Origin: Balanoglossus misakiensis
Lineage: Eukaryota > Animalia > Hemichordata
DNA: 64,000 bases
NCBI GenBank assembly: GCA_040954595.2
Contig: CM082580.2
Coordinates: 9,898,390-9,962,389, forward strand
Direction of reading: 5' to 3'
The notes beneath the pieces are model-generated. The model was given only the letters and a program-made list of their open reading frames with translations, made no database searches and was not told the origin of the DNA. The position numbers and the translations under genes are program-made. Every line of letters starts with the position of its first letter. Position 1 is the first letter of the stretch. Shown in pieces: positions 15,792 through 29,100 of the stretch.

Positions 15792-16213
15792 GCATGAATC
15801 AAACAGGTGGCTGTAATCATCACACATGTATTGATGTCACAATCTAAAACAAAAAGCATGGTAGTGTTGATGAAAAATACAGTGTACCCTGTACACCAGT
15901 ACATGTGTTAGGGGAGCTGCTGTATTGAGGTCAGACCACAGAGCTCAATTTATGTCACCAAAATGATGTCAGACCCAATGCAAACCTCAATATGGGGTCA
16001 TATCACAATCGTGTTAATTTCACATTTACAAATATAATTACACATGAGTCACTGATCATCCTGAGCATAGTCATATTCATGTTAATTTGCAACAGAACAC
16101 GTGGCAGGGACCACTTATTGATGGGGGTCAAACAGAGGTCAATTTATCCTGCGATAATGTCATTTTGAAGGCATGAATCAAACAGGTGGTTGCAATCATC
16201 GTATTGATGTCAC
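15792..16213. repeat. ~50-bp dispersed direct repeat (15792-15840 and 16171-16213)
   Basis: GCATGAATCAAACAGGTGG-x-TG-x-AATCATC...GTATTGATGTCAC in both copies. Confidence 0.8.
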
Positions 16214-17060
16214 TCTAAAAAGTAACACAAACATTACTCCTTTTGAGAACTGACTCAATAGGGGAAAAAGCTGTGTTGACAAACGACTTAAAATTGTATG
16301 GCAAAGATAATGGCAAAACCTGATGGAACATGTCACGCGATATCACTGCTTAAAATGCAATGTCTCTGCCAACTCCACAATCTATCTTGGTTCTGTTACA
16401 AAGTACCCATAGCATATTTCTACTGCCCAAGCTGGCAAATGCTGTACATCTACACGTGCATGAAGATGGGGGTTGCTATGGGAATTTTATGGCTCTTTAC
16501 ACTTGTTGACAGCAGCTTTTGATCTCAGCTATTTAATAAACAGTGTCCATTCGGTCGACAAATCCTGTTTAAGCCGTGGCGATAACAGAGGCGAGACCAA
16601 GGATTTGGGGCTCAATTTTATCGGGATTTACAGTAAAACCGGCCAGTGTCATGAAAGAGATGACCTGTGTGAGCCTATCCATACAGAGTTGCATCACCAG
16701 TTTGCATTTTCTTGTCAAGACTTCATGATTGCTGCAAAAAATATTTCTTTACTGGTTTAATTCCAATTTTGAAGCTTATTTGTCTCCATTTGAAGCTTTT
16801 ACGACACAATGAAGACAAATCGACCTATATAATTTGAAAGTAATTACTAAAAAAAAGGTGACATGAATTATTATATATGTGCAGTGCTGATTGGCTAGAT
16901 TCCATATCATTTCAGCAAATCACATTACACTTCATCCAAAGTCAGACAAGACTATAGACTTAGTGACTGAGTCAGCAACAAATACCCTGATTGGCTGCAC
17001 ATTGGATCTGTAGCAATTATAAGCCAATAGGGGCAGTTCTGACTATCACTTATTCCTTAC

Positions 17061-17144
17061 TTGATATTTGAGAAAGTTGATACTGGCAGGCCAATGATGT
17101 TGGCAAGTTCTTCCACCAGTCTCTGCCCAAGTTCCGGTGTTAAT
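17061..17144 (-). CDS. PTPRN2: PTPRN2-like exon 8 (RLTPELGQRLVEELANIIGLPVSTFSNI)
   Basis: 84 nt, phase 2-2, strong polypyrimidine acceptor; resembles PTPRN2 [25 protein letters not shown]. Confidence 0.88.
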
Positions 17145-20100
17145 CTGGGAAAAAAAAGAGATTAATTCCAGGATTACTGTCTTGATAACATTCATTCTGA
17201 TTGGTTGATCAGAATCTGAATCAACGCTGATAGACACTGAACGGCAAATCAGAAACAGAGTTGCTAACACAACAACAAAAACTGACGGGAATGTAGTACA
17301 GATGACTAGTGTATTTGTTTTGGTGGTAGACCTGCTTGTAACTGCTAAGGCTTCCTATGAAACTCACCCAGTTTCCCCTTCAGCATACAGTACTAAGGCA
17401 ATCTGGTTGGGGGAGAGAGTCTTATGATTGTGATACACACATTTCCACACACACAGACATGTACATGTACATGTACAACCGAGTGTTTCCCAGCCTCATA
17501 AAAATATTAACACACTCATGTATACTAGCTAATGTACCAGTACATGGCAATTTAGGGTTAAATATTCACAAATTCAAAATATTATGTAACAACATTATCA
17601 GCATGAAGACCATATCATAAAAATTAATGATGCCATCACATTCAGTCTACCAAACGCATAAAAAAAGAGCAACTCAATAAAATGATACTTTGAACCGAGG
17701 ACTTATTTCAAAGTTGCATCAGCATCATAGTTATTATGAAGAATGAGAATGGCAGAAACAAGACATGATTTCTGTACCAATAATGCAAAAAAACAAAAAC
17801 ATTTTTCTTTAATTGTAAAGTGTAGTCTCCTTTTTACACTACTGTAAATACAATACTTTGTGTCTACATCCACAGATCATTTCCGACCGGATACATTTTG
17901 CTTAAATCTGTGGCAGTGAAGAGAGAATGTGAACGACAGGATGGTTTCCATGGAAACAAACACAATGACTTTTGCCAGTGGAGAAGAGAAGTCATCAAGA
18001 CTTTGCCAGCTAGCGTAACAGGAAGTCAAGAGCTCTGTTGCCAGGCACAATTAGATCGTGCATAACTCTCATGCTTCTGTTCTCATGGCAAAATAGTGAA
18101 GCCAGAAAACGTTCCAATCCTGTTCAATTAAGATTTTCCTTATAACGCATAAATTCAGAAATTTATTCACAGATCAAGGAGGTACAATATGTTCCGTCTA
18201 TCTCAGCCTTATAAATTATGTCAATTTCATAATGCACTGTTTTTTCTGATAAACAGTTTATGTCAAGTAAATGCTGTCCTGTGTATTAAAATCATATAAT
18301 ATTTTAGAATTTAAATATTTCATTCACAGGTACACCAAAGAAATTTTGTATTTTTTTCAAAATAAAACATTTGATTCATCCCAACATCACTTACTACAAG
18401 TATCTCATTTTACATGCCAGATTTACCATCAATAACAAATGGCCATGACTGCGTGGAATCCATAATTATGGTCGAATTCAATCATGGATGTTCACTGATT
18501 TTTAGCCCAGTAATAGCAGAATACTGTGGCCTTGCATTTTCGTCAACTATTTCAACATTTACAGTAAGATTGTCTTTCCATTGCCATGTGAGATGTACAT
18601 GTACATACATGACCAACGTTGACCGTGATGACATTGGCCACTATCGATCGGTCACAACCAAGGGAATGTTGAAGTCGTACAAACCCCCAAGTGGACACAA
18701 GAACCTTGCCTCCACTACTGACATTTACCGTAACACCGTAAGACTTCTGAAGACTTGACAATAAAACTCACCTGTGCCTTTCCACACAATGAACCGGATT
18801 AAATTGGCCAAACTGGTCACGTAAAAAATGAGATCCGACGAACTTAAACTGCCAAAGTTGATCGACACACACGTATAGTGAACCGCCCAACGCTTGCCCA
18901 ACTTATGATGTAAACACACACGCTAAAAACTGCCAATACTCAAACACTTTCCTGGGATTGTCCGTACTGGTTGTATCCATACCAGCTGGAAGCCACACAC
19001 ACATAAACTGTGACACTGCCGTTGACCGAGGCATTCACATCAGCCAATTGACCACTTCCTCTTTCTCCTCTTACCGACAAAATGACCTTTTTGTGGTTCG
19101 TGTAGTACGTAAGTGACTTTTGGATGACGTCTTCGAACAACACAGGAAGAGGTGGCAATTTTTTTTCTACAACAACATACTATTTATACAGAACCAGCTA
19201 ATAAAGAGTGGGTTTGTGATTCATGATAATGCAGTTGTCATTGATGAAACTAAAAATAGCTTCTAATGCAATTCAGCTGTTACAGGTACATGAGTGTACA
19301 CACAATTGTGACAATTAAAAAACAGAGACGACACGTTTAACGTGTCAACAAACTACAGCTGTACATTAAATTAATTAATATACTGTTCTTTTATTTCAGG
19401 AAAAAAATGAGCACAAGCTTGCTCGAGTCCACACAGTTCACATGCAAGTGCTTTGGCAAAGCAGGAAAGCCTTTTCAAACACATTACATACTCCTCCGCT
19501 TTCAGAATTATTAACCTCCACGGCGCATTACAATTAATTTCACGTCACTATGACGACGCTTAGCATAGCAACGCAAATCAAGTCGAAGAATAGAGAGCTC
19601 TAAGGTGATGACATCAGCAGGGTTGCTATGACGTAGGCCAGTTGTCATGTCTTTCGTTCCGCCATAATGACATGGTTTTAGAGTCTATCCATAAGGAGTT
19701 AAGGAGTTTCCTATCTGACACACTAAAAGCCACACACAAACCAAAAAGACTTCCCTTCTTTCGTTGACAGCATTCAATATTTGACTGGCGATACCCGTAA
19801 TAACCACAGCTTGGTGCATTTCATTCCCAGAAAACCAAATACTGTATGACATTTCTATGGCCTCAAAAAATAAAATCAGACCGACCAGTCTAGAGGTATT
19901 ACTTTAATAATAAGTTCACTGCTCGATCAATCCTGTATATTGTTATAATCAGTTGACCAAATAAAAATGAGTGTTATTTGCTTGATATTCAAAATTTACT
20001 CATGCAGTGAAGTATACAGAAAACAATTTTTATATCCGGATTGAGTGTACTATATTCTGGGTTTAATAGGATAGAGAAAGCATGAGTAATAGATTTCTAT

Positions 20101-23100
20101 GACCAGCTGATGCAGAACCTAAATAACACTTGAAAACTGGATCACTTAAATATTCAAACGTATTTTTGTTAGAACTCTAACCTTTTCACCCCCCATTTCC
20201 TGCTGTGGGGGAGCAAATTTACGTCAGAAGACAATGGATTTGGATCAAACCACGACAGCGAAAGGATTAAACTAGTGTAAGCCTTAGATTGATTGGAATT
20301 AAAAAACATGCATTAAACTGATATACATGTTCCATACTTGTGGCCTTCTATTTTGCTTACATATGCTTGTTATAGCACCATATGGGACGTATATTTGAGA
20401 ATTATTCACGTACATGTGTGCCAACTTGCACAAACAAGCAAACATGACATCCATATGACCTTGTAGTAAGAGACACACAAACAATAATATGTGTGAAATA
20501 AGACAGAAATTCTTTTAATCTTGAAAATTTATGCAATTTAGAAAACTATAAGGTTAATACGGTTAATAAGTAATACCCGATGTTTATAAAGATATCTTAA
20601 TTTTATTGAATGAACTCAGGTACATCACAATATTTTCCCCAAAGACGTGCATCGTAAGGAATAGTACAGCAGACATACTGCCTTGAGAGAAATAGCTTTA
20701 CAACTTTTATATTAGAATTGATGGAATTTTCATGGACAGATGGGTATGTGCGACGGAAGCAAAAATAGGCACGCATAAAAATATCTTTGATAATATATAT
20801 TAATAGGCCTGAATACTGATAATCCTGGTGAATAAAGTATTGATCTGAAAATACCATCATTCTGATAAATAAAAGAAGGCAAGAAATGGGGTAAATGGTT
20901 TGATATTGATTAGTTTCCTAGATTCAGAGAGGGCAGGGCATCGCAGTTCTCTTAAAATGTAAAAGAAAATTTCAATTTGCAAATGCATAGTGATTTTAAT
21001 CATTCCCTTTTGCTCTACCCTGACATGCACGAAAGTTCACCAACATTCCGTTGAAATAATCAAGTGACGTGTGATGCAGTTTTCTCGGCCGACACTAACC
21101 AGATGACCTATTTTACTACAAACTATTCGTGAAGGTTTGTTCAAAATATTGAAAAATTGCCTGTGATTTTTTTTCTGGGACTTACAGAGAGTCAATGTCC
21201 ACCTGACCTATTTATTCTTCAGAAAACAGTATTAAGTTATTCACCGCATGTTCTTAGTTCAAGTTCTGATAGCTTGGAGAGAATGGAATACGAAGGCTGG
21301 TCATTAAAATTAAAATCTCCTTTTCTAAGAACAGAGTAGGCGGGCTTCTGTAGATTACAGGTAATTTACAAATTACACACTGATGTCTCAGCCACCTATG
21401 TTAGCAAATAAGTATGCACTCAAACACATACATGTAAGGCATGCAAGCTCTCATGCAGAAACCCACACAGACATACAATGTACTCCTCTACACGCACACG
21501 ACTCAAAACCACATCTTTACATTCCAGGCTCATTAACCCTTACATTTTGCAATATTTTGGATATTCGTTTTATTAAATTTGCCCAATGAGACAAATTATC
21601 AAACGGTTCCAGTACTTGCAACGGTAGGAGTGCTCTCTCGAGTCACGCACATCTATATACCCATCTGCCCGACCTTAACTTTGCTAATCAAACATGGCAA
21701 TAACTCGCGCACAGAATCCCCAACACGCAATCAGTCACGTTCCACTGCAGAAGCAGCTCAATTGCAGAGGATCTCCGCAGAAAAATTTATACGCAATGTC
21801 CACGGGAGTAAATTGGCTGAATTTGACTCAATTTGCACAGAAATTGGCAATAAACCGTCGGCAAACACAGACTGGTTTTATTGGTTCTGACATCGGCGTC
21901 GTTGGAGGGCGGCCTCCTCAAGGAGGAAGAAAATACTCCTGCTGCTTTTGTCTGTTTAAATTTCTAATCAAACTAATCAATTACCAGTCCTTGCCTGGAT
22001 AACAAAATCAGTAAAATGGGAAGGAGGGCCGTTTGGAGTTTCCAGTCTTAGAGAAAGAAAATGCCACGTATTTTACTAGAAACTCTCCCGGCAGGACATA
22101 TATCTATTAATGGTGGAATTACTCATTTTTAGCCCCGAGTAAACATGAATCAAAAAACAAAATCCAGATCACTTTTAATCAACATGAAATCTGAAACCCT
22201 TTGTTAAGCAATCCTGTCAGTCGAAGCCTTGAAACTAATGAATGCAATATTCGCACAAGCTCAGGCGATCGCTCCTCTCGGTTTCGGAACCAGCCGCTGA
22301 GTGCGTCCCGACCGCTAATCAAGACTGATCACATGCGTCACAGAGGTGATTTAAATTTCAATATCGCAGCCGATGGAGCTCAGCGATAAATAAATACACA
22401 GGAAATGAAACTTAGAAGCTGCTCTTAACACGGGAGAGCAATGACCTCCGGAATACAGAATGAGCGGGGGATTTTCAATTCTGACCTCCGACCCTACTTG
22501 GATTTCACGGGCAATCTGGATAAGAGAGGGGTTATCCACTTGCATATGGGAAGATAGACAAGGTCGCTTGAACCCTACATTGCAAAGTTCAGGTTGGTAA
22601 TCCATAGTCATGTTTATAGAATCAGCTGCGACATTTATTCGGAAATTCCAGAATTAAATCAAACTGTATCTCCCTTATAGCACTATTTGGTATTAAGTTA
22701 CACGAAAAAAGAATCATATTTAATATTAATAATTACTTCTGGTAGGTTTATAACTATGTTTTTTTAATCATTTTTTACCCTGTATTCCGGCTTAGATTAA
22801 ATCACGATTAAATCTCAAATCATAATCCCTCCCCCCCCCCCCCGTATCATGACAAAACTTGCAATAAATTCATACTATTGACTCCACATTCAAACTCGCT
22901 ACTCAAATTATATGCACTGACACGTACATGAATTAATATTATATATGCCATCTCACAACTACCAACAGAAAGTGTCTACCAGCAAGAACTCATGATGCAT
23001 ACAGTTGAATACTGCCCTCAACAGCAGGAAGATTACGAGACTTTTGTTTTTATGACTATGCAACACAGTACTGAGTCATGCAGTAAATTGTTAAGTTGTA

Positions 23101-26100
23101 CATCTTCATTGTTTTTACAGTTTGCTGGGGGAAAACAACCAAAATACATTCCCAATTCAGGTTTATTACATTTCTGAGCATTGAAAATTGGAATGTAAAA
23201 TTCTTTCATCTCTCAAAACTCTAAATGCAATTCATCACTACTGCCTGGAGATGTTTTGCATCTCGGTGCGTTCCACCGGATGAGATTTCCACGCGTATCA
23301 CAACTTACCTCTCAGCAGTGGTCACAAATGCATAATCCGTGTCAATCAGCAGGTCCTGCACCAGGTTGGACTCCTCTTCGGACAGAGTTTCACTGTCTTC
23401 TGGCTCCATCGCTGTGGGCTCTTCAATAACATCCAATTCTCCTGAACATAGTGGAGTGGAGAAGAGCCACTTGCTTAATTAGGGTACTAATAATGCATAT
23501 TAAGTTGAACAGCAACACTGAGATTTTTCAGGTTTCCAAAATTTTGAAGGTGACATTATCTCGGTAAATAAACAGTGACCAGGGAAACGTAACGTGATCA
23601 GCCAGTGACATCACTCATATTGATCGCTGCCATGCCGACCACGTATAAATAGACATGTTTTGCATCATACATACCTTCTGTGATCACATCATCTTCGTTT
23701 GTTGCCTCGGTAACAAGGGCCGGAGTTTGCTCATCAGGGGGTGCCTGGCTTGATATCCCTACACTCTTCTTCTCCGGTGGGGCCTGTGGGGCATCTGCCA
23801 TCTGCTTGATTTCCTCGGCCATGGTCTTGTCATCATCTTCAAAGATGGGTTCTTCTGCAAAGGGAATATCAAACATCACGTGAATAATTTGCAATAAAGT
23901 CAAAGAACTTCTGTTGGTAAAAGTTTGAGTTATGCAATCTTCACTGTTCAAACGATCATAGTCAGGCAATCCTGCAGTAAGTGCAGGGCTCGAAATATAA
24001 ATACCTGTCTACCAGTCCCAGACAAGAGCATACTGTGTACATTAAAAGTCTAATATTCACTACCAAGGCTTGTTAAGCATGCACTTTTACCTGTGTTTAC
24101 AGTTTACAACACTGCCCTCTGACGACAGCAATTCACAAAGCCACAGGCAATTTCAATTTATTACACCCACTTCCCTTTCAGAAGTCCTATATTTTGCAGT
24201 GACTGTAAAAATGTTTTAGAGTCCAATTGATTTGGAAGTAAATAACTGTGTTCCTTGGTAAATTCCAAGTAATGGTATTCTTAACAAGCAATTTCGCGTA
24301 GGTGAGTGTGGATTAAAGTAGAAAGCGAAGGCCAAATTTTCATCAATCCGGAAGTCGTGGAAATATCATAGGCCAGATTTAGATTGGATATCAATTTCAC
24401 TGTGAGATTTCCTGATGTGTTTGCAATTGAAGTGTTTGTCCATCAACACAGAATGTGGGTGTTTGATAGTGGACTTTTATTGCATAATACTCTCTTCCCC
24501 CACAATATAGAACTACACATACAACCACTCTGCATGCAGACACAGGAAATACATGTAGGAATCTGACATTTTGACACAGCAGGGGAATTTCAACACAGGA
24601 AAGACTGAAAGCCCATATACATGTACCGTATAATTTATAGAAAATTTCAATTTTGCCTCCAAAAATAGTGAATTTGAGTGAAGTGAAACATCGGCCTTAT
24701 GATATATAACAGTGCTAATCTCTTGGAATTTTTCTTTCCATGACAGAGGTTTACATCTTTCATTTTCTGCTAGCCTTACCACCAAGTCCAGTCAGTTCTT
24801 CATCCGCAACCTCTTCTTGTATCTCAGCCAGAATTTCCTTGATGAGACGCCTCAGATCCTCAATATCATCCTTCGACAAGTACGACAGGTTTTCTCCCGG
24901 ATTTTCCAGGCTGTCGATGAAGTCATCTATATCCTCGCTTGTAATTTCAATATCTGGAACAAAATAAAAAAGCCCTTTTTAAGATGCTGCGTCAACGTGT
25001 TTCAGTCCACTGTTGAGATTTGGTTTGTAGACACCTTATTTGCATGCAGTATACATGTCAGTCTCCTACAGGGCGACATATATAGATATTGATGTGTTTT
25101 TAATCCTTTCTATAATTCTATATTTGTTGAGTATGTGGGCACGACTTGTCATCTGCAACCACATCAAATAAGCTCTTTTGGGGATTTACATTATATCATC
25201 CACCCACCTACATACTACTAACATGCAGCCATATAAAGAATCAGCTACAGCTCTTGAGAGTATGTGTGATGATAGCCCAACTGAAACTTCAAAAGGTCAG
25301 TGTATTAAAACTGGCTGCGGAGGTGGGCTCCGAGCTATTTTGGACGGAAACCGCACACACATCATTTGTGCAGTCCAAAAATCTAAAGCCTGATGATAAA
25401 CCCTCTGGCTGCAGTTTATCAGCAAGCAAGTCATGCCACTCCAAACCTCAAATTGTCATCCTTGGAAATAATAGGGTTTTCAGCATGGATGCCAATGGTA
25501 GGCATATCAAAAATGGAGTATCGGTAATAAAATCACTGAGTTAAGCCTTTCAGCCATGTCTTCGCCAGTACAGTGTGATCCCCTTGAGTCATTATCTGTT
25601 TGTCTTCTTGATAATGGATCTACAACTCTGAGCTCTCCTTGGAGAATTGTTCCTGTTTTTTTTTTTCTTGAAGCTTCGATCATGAAGACTCCAAGAAGTT
25701 ACACCCATGAACACATGTGAAACAGTTGTCAGATCATAAAACAAGACCTATGTCAACTCTGTGGCACTAAAAAAAGACAAGACCAACTTGGATCACATTC
25801 TAGGAATTTCCATGAGAAAAATTTCATTTCCGCTCCCACCCTGGGGACTTTCCGGGAGGGAATTTCAGTTCTCCGGGGTTTCCAAACCCTTTCCATGATT
25901 TCCCAGTGGCGTAAAACCCTGTGGTTCAATCAAAACACATGACCAATTATTTTCACAATAATTTGATGGACTGATAGTTAAGCATTCCAGGTGTACTTAC
26001 CACTCCCCTCAAAATCACTTTCTGTACCGACGCTCGAACTGGGCACTTCATCATCACCGACGATATCACCAAAGTCTCTGTCCCCTTCATTCTCCAAAAC

Positions 26101-29100
26101 CACCTCGTACCCTTCAGCCTCCACGCGACCGGGATCGTACTTATGCACGGTGATCTCTCCATCCAGGTTAGCCGTCTTCTTATCCAGATCATCATCGCCT
26201 TCCCCGTCTCCCCGGTAACCAAAATCGTCCAGCAGAGCCTCCTTCCCTTGTCTGGCCATCTCACGGTCGTAGAGATGAGCCAGATAATCCCGCATCAACT
26301 GCAGCTTCTGGATGGTGTCCCAGTCCTCCACCTGCTGGTCCCTGCCCGTCTCTTCACTGTCATCTACAGCTTCTTTCAGCTCATCTCCTCCATCATCTGC
26401 CAGTTTGTCTTCTTCGTCCGACAGCTGATGATAATACTCCATAAAATACCTAGTCAGAAATCTATCTCTAGTCCCCTTGTCTACATTCTCGGATTTTAAG
26501 ACGCTATCTAAGTAATTCCACAGTAAAGTTTCCCACGACTCTTCGTCGCTGTCCTGAAACTCCTCAGCCTCACCGCTGTCGACATCAGGTACATAATTCT
26601 CTTGCAGTTCCTGTCCGTCTTGTAAATTTTCAAACTGTTGGTATAAGGTTTCGAGTTGTTCTTGCTGCCCGTCGGGAAGCACAGACGTTTCCCCTTCACT
26701 TTCTTCTACTGATGGCAAGTCTGCTTGACTTTGTGAGCTAATTCTAAGATATGGTTTCAGCAGACTTGCAAGGATAGCCTAGAGAAAATATCAAGGAAGA
26801 AATTTCAGGGACACGTTGCATGGGTATATGCATATTGGAACATGACAACATATGATACAATGTACTCCTTGTCTTGTAGTATGCACTTGTTTGAATTGGC
26901 GAGTTCTGTAAGCAGAGGACAAGTACACAGATCTATGGGCAAACCTTTCATTTTGCATGTATCAGTACTCCCACACATGTACATATAAGGTTTGACGCCA
27001 AGAAACTTTCATTTTATTCCCAAGTAGACTGAAACATCTCACACATATGGTCTTTTAGAAGGCAGAATGGTATGGGTCATGAAAAAAAAACAAGTACACA
27101 AAAGTATATGTAAACATATAAACTCACCTGAGTGTAAACATCAGTCCATGAATAATTTTCAGTTAAGAGAGCAGATAGAGTCTGTCTAAGAAGTTGATAG
27201 CCCGCTCTGTCAATGTTGTAGTAATATGTGTGACCAATCCCATTTTTTGTACACTGACCAAATAAATCATCTGTTGGAAAGATATAAAAACAGAACATTT
27301 TTTTTAGTTTTTCCAGCTCAGAATGACCTTTCATCATCAGTTTTAACTATTCTGGTTAAAACATGTGCACAAATGCATAATGTGTGTTTGGATACATATA
27401 TCATTCTCAAAAGACCTGAAAGATTTGCAACTTCGACATTCACTTAATATATTCCTTTGACAGAACCATGGGGACAGACAACCAACAAATTTGGTTGTCC
27501 CTTGAAAAACTTTCAAATTTTACTGATGCATTATATTGGAGTAGCTGAGTTCTTCATGTATATTTCAAACCGACTCTTGAGAAATGACCTTAAAAATCTA
27601 CACGTACAAGCAGCAAGGTAGGAACATTGCAGTGTTGCCTTGGAAACACTGAAGTCATTCTGCTTTGCTGTCAGGAGCACACATGCATTATTGATGACGA
27701 AATAATACGCTTGAATTCCACACAAGTGTACCGGTTTATTTTCAAAATCTCTCCTAAGCCCTCAATTTTCCAGGTTTCTGGGTTCTGCAGGATTGAATGT
27801 CATTATAAAATAAGCTTTGGGAAAATAATTGGCATGGACCTCAGTCCTGGAGTAGTCCCCACAGTACTGACATATAAATGTCAAGTAGTGAATGACCCTA
27901 TGACAAGGAGTCATAATTATGTATCAATGACAGAGAGAAAGAATTGGCAATTGCATTTACCCTTTCACCACCATGGTTCGGTCCAAACCCATTGTTTTCT
28001 ATGGTAAGGTTGGACCTCTATATATGGAACTGGGGGGTGGAAGGGTTTAAAGGGCCACTATCTGTAACTTCTATGATGGTACACATACAGACTGTGTCGA
28101 TAAGTAAATACGTGTATTCTATTTTAACAGGGAGTTGAACAAGAAACTGCAGCTAATACAAAGAACAAAACTGAAAGTAGAGTTGCAGCTATATCACAGA
28201 TTTATTAACAAAAATGAAAAAATAACATAAAACAAACATTTCTCGAAATAGCCAGTGGTGATATTCATACATAATACCAACTTTTCATGCACATTTTCAT
28301 AAATCGCGGTACCATAATACCTTCACCTACTGAAATGAAGAAATTACGTTTCATAACCGGAGGTGTTTGTAATCAACAGCCCCTTAAAATAACTACTTGG
28401 AGAGCCATTATAAATTATCACTTTTTATTTTGACAGCTGATTATAATCTAGATTACACAGCCACTCAGTCTCATCTGACAACATTCATCTAGTCCATCAA
28501 ACGAGACAAGGTTACTGCAAGTCACCAATCAACGCGGACACCATTAGCAATGAGTAGATGTGCCAGCAATCAGTCACGTCGACAGATTCTTGATGGGTCA
28601 ATTGTACTCAATGATATTAACACCTTCTCAAGTGTCTCAGAGGCATACAGATCTTCACATGTATGAACATGTGAATGTGGAGCCAGTTACAGAACGCTAT
28701 ATTGTGACTACTGAACTGTATTAAAGGGGGGTGGTCAAATTCTGAATAATTAAGACATTGTGGACACTTTCATGTTAGGAGAAGCCACATGGCAAGGCTA
28801 CTGCAGCCCACAACTTCAGAGTACCATCGTCAATCTTCCATCAATTACTACTATCACCAGCCATAAATTGGTCTTGAATTTTTTATGTTTCTCTATGAAT
28901 GATGGCAGTAATATCACCTCTGCCCTACCAACATCCTTAATATTTGTTTATTGAGCTACAGCCCCCTCTAGTGACGGCAAAAGAAAATGCAAGTGTTTGC
29001 TGATGGAGCAATTCATGTTCTGCTTCTCAGAAACAAGTGATAAATCCCTTTTTATGATAAGTAATAAAGTTTGATTCAGAGAGACAAATCATTTTTTTTC

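Noticed and set aside
1-17060. Remaining IA-2 exons (rest of ectodomain, transmembrane, PTP domain) and the short ORFs listed here
   Set aside because: No phase-compatible exon with IA-2 similarity found by eye; a small exon could have been missed
23048-23063. Minus-strand TTGCATAGTCATAAAA, 15/16 identical to the 5' part of miR-153, which is intronic in vertebrate PTPRN/PTPRN2
   Set aside because: The 3' part diverges and I cannot fold a convincing precursor hairpin on either side; RNAfold and small-RNA-seq would settle it
24330-24530. Possible extra IA-2 exon between exons 5 and 6
   Set aside because: The candidate acceptor tested leads to an in-frame stop
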